This document shows, one piece after another, positions 12,487 through 26,024 of a stretch of 64,000 nt of DNA. Below the pieces are notes generated by a model. That model was not told the DNA's origin, did no database searches, and worked only from the letters and a program-made list of their open reading frames with translations. How positions within the stretch are numbered: position 1 is the first letter of the stretch; each line of letters opens with the position of its first letter. This stretch comes from the human T2T-CHM13v2.0 reference genome, Homo sapiens: the NCBI RefSeq assembly GCF_009914755.1, contig NC_060935.1; one strand, given 5' to 3'. The translations under genes were made by a program, and so were the position numbers.

Positions 12487-14080
12487 AAAATTTATTTATT
12501 TAAGAATATTTTACATAAAGTACACACATTTTCAGTATACAGCTGGATGATTTTTAAAATAAATTTACATATGCCTGAAACCACCACCCAAATCAAGATC
12601 TGGAATATATCCCACACCCCAGTGGACTTCCTCATGACCCAGTTAGTACCCCCACCTCCCCCAGGTAACCACTCTTCTGGCTTCTACCCCCATAGATTAG
12701 TCTTGCCTGCCTTTGAACTTCGTGTGACTGGAATCATAAAGTTTGTACTTGTGTTTTGCATCTGGCTTCTTCCCAGCGTTGTCTCTGTGAGAGTCATCTG
12801 TGCAGGTGCATGTACCAGCAGCTCTCGCTTTGCACAGCGGTGCGTGCAGGACACACAAACAACCGTGCGAATTGAAATCACACGGGGAGATCCTAGTCAG
12901 TGGAGGAAAAGTATAATTGTTCTGTGACCTTTAGAAGTTTCTTTGTCAAAACATTAAAAACGGTTACTGTTAGTTATAAATATAGTTGGGAAATAAAAAC
13001 AATAGTAAAACTAATACTCATTTAGTATTAGTTTTAATTCTGATGCAATTTTAGACATCAGAGACATTAAGAATTAAAGTGTTTCATTTCTTTGTAAAAA
13101 GCTTATGAAGAGCAGATTGAACAGTGCTGGTCGTGTCACTTACAATACAGGCAAGCATCTTTTCTATGTGTTGGCCAATTGTCAGACTGTGTTCTGAGTT
13201 TGGATCTGCTTCCAACATTTCCTCCTTTGTGTTTTCAATGTTGCGAAATATCTCTGGAAGTTCCTTCGGTGTGAAGTGTTTTTGCGAGCGTCACTTTCTC
13301 TGGGGCATGTTCATCCATTTCATCACAACCTCCTTCCTCATTTATGTCAATACGTTCGTCTTCACTAAGTTCCTCTGCTGCACATGTGGAGCCAAATGGT
13401 GGCGACGTCGTCGGTGGACGTTCCCAGTCAGCTATTTCTTCTACAACTCCATTTACGTTGGAGTCGAATTTTACTTCTAGCATTATCATTTTCATTTCTT
13501 TGTTGCAATTTCCTCTTTGTTAACTAATTCCTTCTTTCAGTTGGAGATTTTTCTGAAGTGTCATGTGGGTTTCTAAACTGAAGACAAAGAGACAACACAA
13601 CTGCACACTTTGCTGTGTGTGAACTGCCTGGCAGATGCCCAGTGTCCAATCACCAACGGCCTTAGAAAGAGTGATGTGATTGGTCATTGATCATGATATG
13701 TATCTGCTATTGATGGAGCAACCTGCAAACTGAAGAGCCAGCAGGGAAGTTTACCCCTTAGGCCACTACTCACAGTTTAAAATATGCCAGTAAAATGGTG
13801 GCTGAAATTTGAACCACCTTGTTGAGAGACTGAAACTGCTTAATTAAACCATGGTAACTGGAATTTGTGCATATCAGAATCACATAAAATGAAGACTGTC
13901 TATGTACGTAGTTTGTTCTTTCTCATTGCTGTGTACTACTTCATTGTATGAATATGCCACAATTTATTTATCCCTTCTTCTGTTGATGGACGTAGGGGTT
14001 GTACCAGTTTTGCTCTCCTACGCATATAGTTGCTATGAATGTTCTTGCACCTGTCAACATATGCACTCATTTCTATTGGT
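12487..14080 (-). mobile_element. Old L1ME-type 3' fragment hosting Tigger6a
   Basis: Reverse L1M 3' sequence at 12487-12814, resuming at 13903-14080. Confidence 0.6.
12815..13902 (-). mobile_element. Tigger6a-like DNA transposon inside an old L1ME fragment
   Basis: Degenerate terminal inverted repeats next to TA; transposase remnant LEVKFDSNVNGVVEEIAD (ORF 13235-13495). Confidence 0.8.
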
Positions 14081-16129
14081 TAAAGATTTCTCCACTTGGG
14101 TTCACCAATTATTTCATGTGACCCCCCCCGCCCCGCCCAAGCAAATCCCTATGCTCACAAAGCTGGGAGCCTCTGAGCCACATCTATGAAGAGGGAGGAG
14201 TCACAGTGTCATGATTGGGCTGAGATGGGAGGAAGGGCCAGCAGGGAACAGCTGGTTAGTCCCTCCCAACCCATTTTACAGATAGAAGGAAAGACTCTAG
14301 ACCCAGGGGGACGTGTCTGAGGTCACACAGAGAGTCAAACCTCTGGGGCCACTCAGCTGCCCTCCACAGGCCTCACTGCCCTGCCTTGAGGTGCAGTTGC
14401 TCCCCAGCTGTGGGGCTGGAATTGCCTTATTCTGGGGCTGCTGGAGTTCTCCCTTTCTCTTCAAGAGCAAATTCCTCCACTCTCACCCTCATGAGGGGGC
14501 TAGGAAGCTGACGGGGACCTTCCCTCCCTGCCGGACACCCCAGAAGCTTTCAGCAACACTCAGCTCAGCCCCGCTGCCCCATTTAATTCTCATAATTAGC
14601 TGACAGCTCATTAGCAGCTCATTATAAGCCCTGGAAATGCAGTGACAGTAACAAATTCAGTGCAGCCAGCCATTCTGGGGGTGTCCCCAGGGGCCTGACC
14701 CAGGTTGGGCTTCCAGGGGGCTGCTGGGAATGAGTTCAGCCTCTGCCCATGTCTGAATCCACAGAGTCTGAATCCTATTCCTTGGATCCCATTTACCGTT
14801 ACCACCCCTCCACCTCCACCTACCCACTGCCACTTTCCAGCCCAGCTCCCGGCTGCAGGGCCTTCAGCTACCTTTCCCACGTTTCTCTCCTGAGAGGACA
14901 GGTAGGAGGAAGTAGCCTGGCTCCAACCCAGGAAGGGAACCCGAAGCCTCTAGGGGGCCCCCGAGAACACAGACTCTCTGCCATTACTGGGCACCTGGCC
15001 AAGCCCCCAAGGCCCATGCGCCCACCTTCCACCCCACAGAGTCCTGGAACTCGGGCTTCAGCACCCCTCTCCATTTGTCCTTCCAGCTCTGGTCTCAGCC
15101 TTTCCGCCTGTCTGTATATCTGTCTGTCTATCTGTCTGTCTCGGTCTATTTCCATTTATTCAACATCCATTAGGCACCTACTACTTGCCTGTTCTGGGGT
15201 AAGTCTGAAGGAGCTGCAGGGATCGTTAGACAAAGTCCATACAGGAAGACTTTCTCACGGCACAGTGGGGAAGGAAAAGGGGGAAGCAGACCACTACAAC
15301 CTTGTGGGATAAGGGCTGGATAGAGAAGAAGTTGCTGAAGCATCAGAAGGGGATCCAGCTAGGCCTGGAGTGGGCCCATCAGGGGAGGCTTCCTGGAGAA
15401 GGCAGCCTCTTGGAGGAGCAGGAGTTTGCTGGTCTGTCAGTTTGTCCCAGGCCAGCCTCTGCACCTTCATCCTCTTTGCAGCCCAGGCCCTCTCCTTCCT
15501 ACAGCCAAGCCCTTCCACTTCTTGGTCTCAGTCTCACTGAAGGCCCCAGGACACAGGACAGAGACTGTGAACAGGGCCAGCCCCACAGGAGACGGTTAGA
15601 GCCGGAGGGAAAGGAGGGACAAGAGCGACTTCTACAGAAGGGGTGGGAGAGCACAGACGGGGTCGGGGGAGGCTCACATGTGAGGGGCTGAGTCCTGAGT
15701 GCCCAGGTGGCCCCAGCCTCTAGCAGGCCAAGTGACCTTGGGCAAGTGGCTTATCTCCCCTGGGTTCCCTTTCCCCTCTGTGCTCTGCGAGGAATCCAGC
15801 AAGGTGGGGCCTGACCACAGTCTGTGTGCAGGAACAGGGGCATCCAGTGTGGCCACCAAAGATCAAGGCTCTGCAAGAGAGGCCCAGACCCCAATCCTGA
15901 GCTCCCAGTTCCACCTTGGGGTGGCCATACATCTGCCACAGGGATCGATGAGAAGTCATTATCAATGCCTCATGTTAATGACACCAATTAATTCCCCATC
16001 TGTGGGTCCAATGCAGCCTTCAGCGCTGAAGGTTAAAGGGAGGGGACTGGCTCAGGATGAGTTTTCCCCAGGGATGGCAGCTACAGGCCAGTTTGTGTGG
16101 CTTGTGAGAGTCTGAGGCCTTGCACTTGG

Positions 16130-16600
16130 GACTGTACAGTGTGTGTGTGTGAGCACACACATGTGTGCAAGTGTATTTGTTATTCTTGTGTATAAAGAAT
16201 ACATCCATGCCATGTGTGTACATAGGTGTGCATTCTATGTCTGCATTGTGCATATACAAAGAGTTTATGTAACAGTTTATGTGTAGAAAGTATACGTTTT
16301 GTATATATGTGTGAACAAAGTACTAAATGTGTACAAAGTGTGTGTGTATAAGTTCTGCTTCTACATCATGTTTGTAGACAATGGAGGGCTTATATCTGTG
16401 CGCACTATGCATGCCAAGGTTATGTGTGTGAGTCCTACGTCTGCAAATGCTGAGGACAAAGTATTTGTACCTCCTGTATCCATGCAGATTGTGAGTGCGT
16501 GGGTATACATTGTGTATATACACGCATCATTGTACAGATGTGTACAAGCCCATGCTGACGTGTGTTCACATCATTGTACATTCATGTTCTGACTATGAGA
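16130..16600 (+). repeat. Degenerate TG/TA-rich low-complexity region
   Basis: Decayed alternating purine-pyrimidine repeats; similar tracts at 16975-17090 and 61255-61370. Confidence 0.7.
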
Positions 16601-16799
16601 TATGGGGACCACAGGCTCCTCTCTGCTTCTTTAGGTACTGAGGTTCTGCCCCTGAGCCCAGGACTCTAAGGGTAGATCTTCCTGCACTGTGACATGGACC
16701 TGATGCTGCCTGAACTTCAGCTGGGTCTTGAAGAATGAGTAGCAACTCACCAAATAAATGGAGTAGTAGAGAAGGGAAAGGGGTTCCAGACTAAAGATG

Positions 16800-16985
16800 C
16801 TTTTCAAACACAATGATTGTTCTGAGTGTGCTACAAACACTCACATAATCTTCACAGCAACCCTATGAAGTGGGCACTATCACCATTCCTATTTTACAGA
16901 TGAGGAAAATGAGTTCTAGAGAGTTTGGTAGCTTGCCCAAAGGCACATGAGGCTTGAAAATGGTATAGTCGGGATTTGAACATAC
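16800..16985 (-). mobile_element. MIR
   Basis: Core attttacagatgaggaaa. Confidence 0.75.
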
Positions 16986-18473
16986 ACTCATACATTCACA
17001 TACACACAATGATATGCACATTGAACATGCAGACAAGACAGTGGACACACTCATCACACACACACACGTATACACAGTGCACACGCCCACACCCAGGCTA
17101 TCTCCAGGTGTTCCCATCTGTCCAGAGTGACTTGGGCCAGAGCTCTGGCTCAGCCCTAGCTTCTATGGGGTGGTGGAGCAGGAGGGAAGGGCAGCGAGCA
17201 TGTGATGAAGCGGGACTGAGGGATATAACTGAGGGTGGTTTCCATCCTCTAATCCTACTCCTGCAGCCAAGCAGCAGAGGGCGGGATCCTCCCTGCCCAT
17301 CACACCCAAAGAAGTGGACCCACTTCAAAAACCTCAGTATAGTCTCACTTCCTCCATCAGCTATGGGGGAAGGATTCTGTCCACCCTGTCCCTGCATGGC
17401 TATGGAAAGGACTCCCTGGGAAATGGGAGACCCTAATCCCCCACCCGGGCCTCCTGTGTCCCCAGTTTCCTCAAGAGCCAGCAGTCACTGAGTTTCAAAA
17501 ACAAGATACCTGAAAGCTGCTGCCTGTCCCATGCACGATGTTGCCTCTTGCCCAAGGAGGGTCCCTGAGAGCGATGCTGTCCTTGGCCTGTGCCTTCAAG
17601 GTCGAACTGGGCCCTGGCTACCCCCTCACCCTCAGCAGACCCAGGATGGGCAGCCTGCCCAGCCCAACAGCACCAGAATGCCCGGCCTGTCGCCTCTCCC
17701 CTGGGCTCTGTCTCTTCTTAATTAATAGAAAGCCATTGTGAATACTAAAGAAGAAATTAGCACATGCCAGTCATTTCCGGGTTTTTATAGATTTCTGGAT
17801 CCATCTCTAATTAACCCCTCCAGTTCTGAAGCCCTGCCCGAGTGGCAGGTTTTTGCCTCCCCTTGGATGGGAGCTTGGCCCCTGCCCTCAAGGAGCCCCA
17901 GTCTGGTTAGCCTTGTTTCCCTGCTTCAAAGTGACTTCCCATTAATCTCAGGATCCAAAATAACTTACCGCATTTCCCCCGGGGAGGGCCCCAACCACCT
18001 TAAGACATTGGGTGGTCAGATCAAGACATGAAATAAGCATGCCCTTTCACCTTCAAATCCACATCTGGGAATTTATAGAAAGGAGCTGATCACACAAACG
18101 AGCAGTGTGCTGAGGCAGCCCCATTACACAGCTGTTACCACCGCAGAAGCCATCAGCGTCTGCGTCCATCTGTATGGAATGCCGGTTAGGGGACAGAGAG
18201 AGCTACTGGGCAGCCATGGAAGGGTCGCGATACACATCTCGGTTCACTGCCATGGGGACATGTCCTTTATGCACTGTTTTGACAAAACTGCAGGTTACTA
18301 AAGTGTATTTATAATATGACATTTACATAAAATCATATTCATTGAGAGAGAAAGAAGGCTCAAGAGGCAGGTGTTTTGAAGTCAGGATAATATGAACACT
18401 TATCATCTCTGGGTAGTGAAGTCACTTTTTTTTTACCTTCTATTTTTACAGTTTTCTGTGGTGTTTGGGTTTT

Positions 18474-18478
<5 letters not shown>

Positions 18479-18518
<40 letters not shown>
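18479..18518 (+). repeat. (TG)20 microsatellite
   Basis: Read directly. Confidence 0.97.
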
Positions 18519-18522
<4 letters not shown>

Positions 18523-19389
18523 ATCAGAAAATCCAGCCAAGGTGTGCTATACGATGGCACAGGCAGCTCCAGGAAGCCCCAGGGGCAGTGGGAGGGGCTG
18601 ATGGGATCTTCAGATCTAAGAGTGGGGACAGAGGGAGCTTCCAGAGAATGAGGAGGCTAAGGGAGTCCTGCCTGATGAAGCTTCTTTGTCATTTGTGTGG
18701 AAAGCTTCCTTGCAGGTGGGGGCAGTGGGGCCTGGGGAGGGAGGGTGGGGCAGCACCTAGCCTCAGTTCTCCCACCTCCTCTCCTCCTCCGCCTCTGCAG
18801 CCAGTGGGAGGGTGCAGCTGGCCTGAGTGGGGTTCCAGAGAGCTCTGATGCCGGAGCTTAGCAGGCCTGATCTCTCTTCCTGCTGACCCCAGTTTCTTTA
18901 TTTGTAGAATTCTGAACTCTCACTGCTTGCAAATTCCTGAAAGGCTGAGCTCCAGCAAGGCCCCAGGACCTTGGTTGCTGTGCATGCCCTCTGCACAGCT
19001 AAGGATTGGGGCTGGGGGCTAGTCTTTGAGGCTTGAGATGCTAGGGCTTTAGCCTAAGGGGCCAGCCCAAGGAACACTGTCGCCAACCTGCACACCAAAG
19101 GCTCAGTCAGTGAGTGTTTCTGAGTGAGAATTCAGAGCCCTGGATGGGGGATGCCAGAGAGAGGCAGTTGTCTGATCTGAGTCTCTGTCTCAGGCCCTTC
19201 CGTGTTAACAACAGCCCCGTTCTGGTGCTCCAGCTACACCAATGAAGGCAGGAGGAGACCCCGTCTGAGGGGCCACCTGCCCTCCCAAGGGCCAGGGCTG
19301 GCTTGGAGCTGCTTTGGGAGGATTGCGGTAGAGCTAAGGGGGAACAGGGAAAATAGGCTGATTCAAACCTGGGCCTCAAAAGATGAGGC

Positions 19390-19684
<295 letters not shown>

Positions 19685-20285
19685 CAAAGCTGAGACTTTC
19701 TCCAACTCCCTGGTGCTTTCTCCACTTAGGGCTGTAAGGGAGAAGCAGAGGGCAGCACTGGGCCCAAAAACACTCCATTCCTGAGGCTACAGATACGGGG
19801 CCCAGACCTCCAACAGGGGACCTCAGTGGGGCAAATGCAACATCCTGAATTTAGGGTCAAAAAATCAACTGCTGAAGTTGCAGCTGGAGGAGACAAGGTA
19901 GCTCCTGGGGGCTGGAGGGGCCCCGGGCAAGAGTGTCACACCCTCAGCCACCCAAGGCACTGCCAACCTAGGCTCTCTTGTCAGGAGGACTGCGCCCAGC
20001 ACGAGAAGTGGCTGGGAATTTGGTTCCTGGGCTCCATGTAAAGAGCCATGTTTTAAGAGGGACTTTGACAAACTGGTGGTCCAGAAGGGGATGAAGAGGA
20101 TAGTGATGAGTTTGGAGATCATGAAGTGAGACTAGGGCTGGAGAGAGTTGTGGAAGGAGCGGGGCTGTTTGCCCTGGACCGAAGCTGAGGAGCATGGCTA
20201 ATGTCTGATCCTGGAGGGCTGTTGGGGGCTGAGGAAGCACAAGTGCTCAGTGGGGGCCTGGGGCAGAGGAGGAACCATGAAGGAA

Positions 20286-20738
20286 CGTAATGGGCTAAAG
20301 GGTGTCCTCCCCCAAATTCATGTCCATTTGGAGCCTCAGAAAATGACCTTGTTTGGTAAAAACGCTCTTTGCAAGGTGAAACTAGTTAAGGATCACAAGA
20401 TGAAATCATCCTAGATTTAGGGTGGGCCCCAAATCCAATGACTGGTGTCCTTAGAGGAAGAGGAGAGGAGGGACCACCCAGAGAGACAGCAAGGAAGGCT
20501 GTGTGAAGACAGAGGCAGAGACTGGAGGGATGCTGCCACGAGCCGAGGAATGCCAGGAGCCACCAGGAACTGGGAGAGGCAAGGACGGATCCTGCCCAAG
20601 AAGCTTCAGAGAAAGCATAGCTCTGCAAATACCTTGATTTGGACTTCTGGCCTCCTGAACTATGAGGAAATGCATTTCTGTTGTTTTAAGCCACAGAATT
20701 TGTGGTAATTTGTTACACAGCCTTAGGAAACTGATATA
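20286..20738 (+). mobile_element. MLT1B/C-like MaLR LTR
   Basis: ccccaaattcatgtcc...tttgtggtaatttgttac...ggaaactgatata. Confidence 0.8.
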
Positions 20739-20779
20739 GGGAGAAAGCATGGGAGGAAGGGTTCAGATGAGCAAGAGGA

Positions 20780-21070
20780 CTTTTCCTTTCTCTTTCTTTC
20801 TCTTTCTTTTCCTTCCTTCCTTCTTTCTTCCTTTCTTTTCTTTTCTTTCTTTCCTTTCTCTCCCTCTTTCTTCTTTTCTTTCCCCTTTCTTCCTTTCATT
20901 TATTTCCCTCCCTTCTTCTCTCCCTCCCTCCCTCTCCCTCCCTTCCTCTTTCCCTCCATCCCTTCGTTCCTTTCTCCCTCTCCCTCTCTCTCTCCCTCCC
21001 TTCCTCCTTCCCTCCCACCCTTCCTTCCTCCTTCCTTCCCTCCCTCCCTCCCTCCTTCTCTTTATTTTTC
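20780..21070 (+). repeat. CT-rich low-complexity tract
   Basis: ~290 nt, almost purely pyrimidine. Confidence 0.92.
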
Positions 21071-21352
21071 CTTTATTTTTATTTTTTTGAGACTGGGTCT
21101 CACTCTCTTGCCCAGGCTGGAGTGCAGTGGCACAATCATAGCTCACTGTAGCCTTGACTTCTTGGGCTCAAGCAATCCTCCTGCCTCAGCCTCCCGAGTT
21201 GCTGGACCCACACCTAGCTAATATTTTGATTTTTTGTAGAGATGGGGCTCACTTTGTTGCCCAGGCTGATCCTAACTCCTAGGCTCAAGAGATCCTCCCA
21301 CCTCAGCCTCCCAAAGTGCTGGGATTACAGGTGTGAGCCACCATGCCCGGCC
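21062..21352 (-). mobile_element. AluJ with tail expanded into a purine tract
   Basis: AluJ diagnostics; degenerate TSD at 20773-20785 and 21353-21365. Confidence 0.9.
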
Positions 21353-22199
21353 AAGAAGTCTTTTCTAGTAGCTGGAATCACACTATTCCAGAGCAGACTG
21401 CCCTATAAGCCATGAGCTTGGTGTTGCTGCAAGGCTCAGGCCAAGTTCTATGAACACCAATCGGGCCCTTGTAAGGCCTTACAAGGTCTCACTCTGCAAA
21501 GCAGGGGGCTTTGAGTGATCCACGGGGTCCTTAGACCAAGATCCCATGTTTCTACCTGGCTGGCTCAGGCCTGGAGAAGGGGTGGGTGGGAGAGGGGGTA
21601 GGGAAACTGCTCATACTTGAAAGCCTCACCCCACCTGGGGTCCAACATGAACACCAGACACCCCAGTCTTTCAGGAAAACTCTCACAACCTCAGCTTCCC
21701 AGTTAGAAACTAGTAGAAAGGCAGACACTCATGAGAGAAATGTGGGGACAGTGAACCTTTGGCGCTTAGACTTTGGATTTGAGGCCTGCTCTTCATGCAT
21801 CCCACCGCATAGGCGGGTTGAAGGGCGGCTAGTCCTGAGTTCACAGCCACATCTTCTTCCCAAGGCTGACTGGGACAGGCGTACTGCCTCCCTGACTGCC
21901 TCAATCTGTGGGGTTGCCCACTACAGCCCTTAAGACAGCATCCAAGGGCCAAGACCATGTCTTTCTGCAGACTGAGTTCATGTCTTGCTCTGGCTTGCAA
22001 GGCTGAGGGCGTGGCGGCCTCTTCCGGGGGCTCTGGGACCCTGCCACTGACCAGCCTCTCTGAGAAGATCTGCTTGGAAGGTGAGGACTGTCATGGAGGT
22101 AGCCAGGCAGGGCTCATCAAGACCCTAAAGGTCAGCTTGGGAAAAGACCCCATGCAGCAGGGAGGGCTTCTGCATTTAGCGCTTTGGGCAGTTGCAGAG

Positions 22200-22560
22200 T
22201 CCACTGTTCCCCTTAGGGCAGACCCAAATCTGGGGAGCTGCTAACCTCAGGTGGGCTGTCTCCCATGTCTGGACCTTGGCTGGGATGACTGGGCTCTGTG
22301 CCATATGGTCTCTCACCCTCCGGGAGGCTGGTCTCGGCTTGTTCTCACAGCAAAGGTTGGGAAGCAAGACAGCAGAAGGACGCGAGGCCTCTGAAGGCTT
22401 AAGCTCAGAACCCACATGTTTCTGGGCATGGCATTTCATCGGCCAAAGTGAGTCACAAGGCCAGCCCAGACTCAAGGGGTTGGGGAACAGACTCCAGCTC
22501 TTGATGAGGGGGCTACAAAGTCACACTGCTGGGGGTGTGGAGCCCTCATGGAGAGAGAAC
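22200..22560 (-). mobile_element. Old MLT1 LTR fragment
   Basis: ggccaaagtgagtcacaaggccagcccagactcaagggg motif. Confidence 0.55.
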
Positions 22561-23520
22561 GCTGCCCAGATGATTTTGATAGGACACGTCAGCCTCTACC
22601 CCTACCAGGAGCCCTGGGTTAAAGGCAGGGGCAGGATGTAGCAGGTTGCCTGGGAGCTGCGAGGAAGACGATGAGGGTGCTAGTATGAGGATCAGGCTGG
22701 GCCCAGGCATGGCTGGGAAGAATATGACAGCAGAAAAGTAGAAAATAGACAGGAGGGGCCTCCACACAGGGGGCTCAGGGTGGTCTCAGGCCCAGATGGC
22801 TCTACTGGTCCTCAGCGGCATCACCAGGTGATACTGGCTCCACTGCCACCGTGATGGACCCAGCTATAAGCAGACCCTCTTCACAGCGGGATCATCCCAG
22901 TGATTGAGGCCCAGGCTGCAGGTTGTGGGGCGTGGAGTTCCTGGAAGAACACGGCTGAGTGTGAGCTGGAAAAATGTAAGTGGGTGGCCTTCTGGGGGCC
23001 TCCCTGGAACCCGTGCCTTTGACTAGTGGTTCTCAAAGAGGGGGCTGTGGCTGCAGCTGCAGGGGGCCCAGAGGCCCCTCCTGCCTCTCACCAGCAGTCC
23101 AAGTGTTCAGGTGCCTTCCTGGGCACTTAGCCATGACAACATGCAATTCCTGGTCTTCCCTGTCTTCTTTCATCTCAGGCCTCCTTACTGATACCCAATT
23201 ATGTAAGCGCCAAAGTTATTAACACAATGCTTATGTGTGTCTTCCCAGCTCTCAGCTGAAGCCCTTGCTGCCTCCAAATCCAGTTAGACAGCCTGTGGAA
23301 GTCTAGAGATCTGGCTGATGTCTCCAAGCTGCCAGGGCTGACTTTCTGATGCTTCTCTCTGTGCCACTGGGCTCCCACTACCTCTCACCTGCCCCAGGGT
23401 CCACAGGGGCTCACTCAAGGGCCAATTAGAGCACAGAGCTCAGGCCCCTCCCTAGCTCCCACCCCCAACCCCCTTGTACTCTGTGAGCTGGGAGGTTGGG
23501 GGCGTTGGTAGAGGTAGGAG

Positions 23521-23932
23521 GTTATTTTCATCTGCTCGAGCTACCATAATAAAATACCACAAACCGTGTGGCTCAAATGAGAGAACTTTATTTTCTCACA
23601 GTTCTGGAGGCTGGAAAGTCTAAGATCAATGTCCTTGCAGGTTCAGTTTCTAGTGAGGGCTCTCTTCCTGCCTTGCAGATGGCCACCTTCTCACTGGCAG
23701 AGAAAGAGAGAGAGAGACAGAGAGAGAGAAGGATAGATCATACTCGGGGTCTCCAGTGTCTCTTTTTATAAGGACACTAATACTATTGGCTCCAGGCCCC
23801 AAACTTGTGACCACAATTAACCATAACATACCTCTATAAAATCCCTACCTCCAGATACAGTCACACTGGGGGAAGGGCTGGAGCTTTACACAATAATTTG
23901 GAGGAGGGGACACAAACATTCAGCCTGTAACA
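23521..23932 (-). mobile_element. MLT1A/MST-like LTR
   Basis: ttctcacagttctggaggctggaaagtc...ggggacacaaacattcag. Confidence 0.75.
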
Positions 23933-24839
23933 GTGATGTTCACGCAGAGAGGTCACACTGCAAACAGAGTGTTTCAATTACCTCGCTGTTCTTTTCTCCC
24001 TGTTCACCCAGAGCAGTGGACACATATTCCCCAACCCACCCTTCCACCAGCCCACCTCTCCCTCAAAGCTCTCTCCAGATTCTGGTCTGGCGGCCGCCTC
24101 ATCTCCTAGCCCGAGGACCCACCAAGGGATATTTGGCAGGGAAGTATAGTTCCCTTCCTATGAGGAATTTTAACAGATAACATTTCCTCCATCTTGTAGC
24201 ACAGACTAAATTTATTAATGTGTTTCCAGAGGATTCTGATGCCAAGCCCTCCTAAACAGTCTGGCAGCACTAATGCTCCCACAGAAATGCACACTTGCAA
24301 GGTTTGAAGAGATGCCATCCTGAGTGACTGTGGTTTTAATTAATGTTACTCTTGCCTTTTAACTACAGACTACTATTAATTTAGCTTCATCATTATCAAT
24401 TTAGTCGCTTGTTGGTTAACCCTACAACTTGCAGTGACATTTATTTGCAATAGGGTTTCCAATGTACATCTTTCTAACAACTAGCATTTAAGGCAGGCAT
24501 CCATATGGGTTGAAATGGGAAACATTTCTATCCCATGGCTACCTCAGAGGCAGGAATTACTCACCACTTCCTCCCCCCATTGCTTGACAGAAAGAAACTT
24601 ATTATTGGTGATATACTCCTGGAACTTGTGTTAATTTAAGTAACTGGCCATATATGGTCAAGGTAAAAATAATAGAACTACTCAATGATTTTCAAATTCA
24701 CAGATAATTGCTTTAGGATGTGTTTAAGCTTATATTCCTTAATAGAATGTAGGCAGTTCACACACGGTGCCAGCAGTGAGTTGTCTGCAACTTCCTTATT
24801 TGCAAATTCTTTCCCTAGAAAGTGGAGGCAGATCAGTGA

Positions 24840-25130
24840 GCCATGGGGGTGGTTTCCCCCATGCTGTTTTCATGATAGTGAGTTCTTACGAGATCTGATG
24901 GTTTTATAGAGGGCTCTTACCCCTTCACTTGGCACTTTTCCTTCCTGCCACCTTGTAAAGAAGGTGCCTTGCTTCCCCTTTGCCTTCTGCCATGATTGTA
25001 AGTTTCCTGAGGCCTCTCCAGCCATGTGGAACTGTGAGTCAATTAAGCCTCTTTCCTTCATAAAGGAAAGGGCAAATTGGAAAAGAGTCTCTGGCAGCTC
25101 TTTATAGTAGTGTGAAAATGGACTAATACA
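24840..25130 (+). mobile_element. MSTA-like LTR, 5'-truncated
   Basis: catgattgtaagtttcctgaggcctc...gactaataca. Confidence 0.8.
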
Positions 25131-25726
25131 AGGGGTCCTAGCCAGGAGAGTTGGGAAACTCAGCTTGGAGAATACAGGCTAATCTCCAGGCACTCAGGCT
25201 ACTTAGATTTCCAGACATACAACAGGGCAAATGCATTCCTTTGCTTCCTTCCAGAGCCAGCCACCCAGGGAATATTCCAAAGAGGCTCCAGGGGAATGAG
25301 CGGGGTCAGAGCTGTGATTCCAGCCAGCCCAAGCATCACTGAGCGACAGCCACCAGGGCAAGGCTCTGGGAAACAGGGATCTCGGTTGATCCTTGGGAAC
25401 CTGGGTCCTGGGCAGGAGGGGGCAGAAGTGACTATGACTTTATGTGTGTCTAAGCATGTCACGGGGGCAAGCTCAAATCTGTCCCCTGCAGCAGTGAGGG
25501 ACAGAAGCTGCACACACGTGTGTTCACATGTGCATGTTGGGTGGGGCTGGGTGGAGGGTATTTAATACCATTAGCCAAAGCCAGGAGAAGGCAGACGGCT
25601 TAAGACAGAATTTGGTTCTCCGAGCTCTCCTTCCCCTCTTCTCTCCTGTGCACTTTCTTCATCAGGTCTGATCTCTGCAAGTGGAGAGGCATTTGCAATA
25701 CAGTCTTGTCCTGGCAGGCTTTGATT

Positions 25727-26024
<298 letters not shown>

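Noticed and set aside
13124-13495. ORFs as novel genes
   Set aside because: They are the Tigger6a transposase remnant and its antisense frame.
20749-21146. Low-complexity F/L/P/S and R/E/G/K ORFs (also 11854-12426)
   Set aside because: Stop-free simply because of CT/GA repeats.
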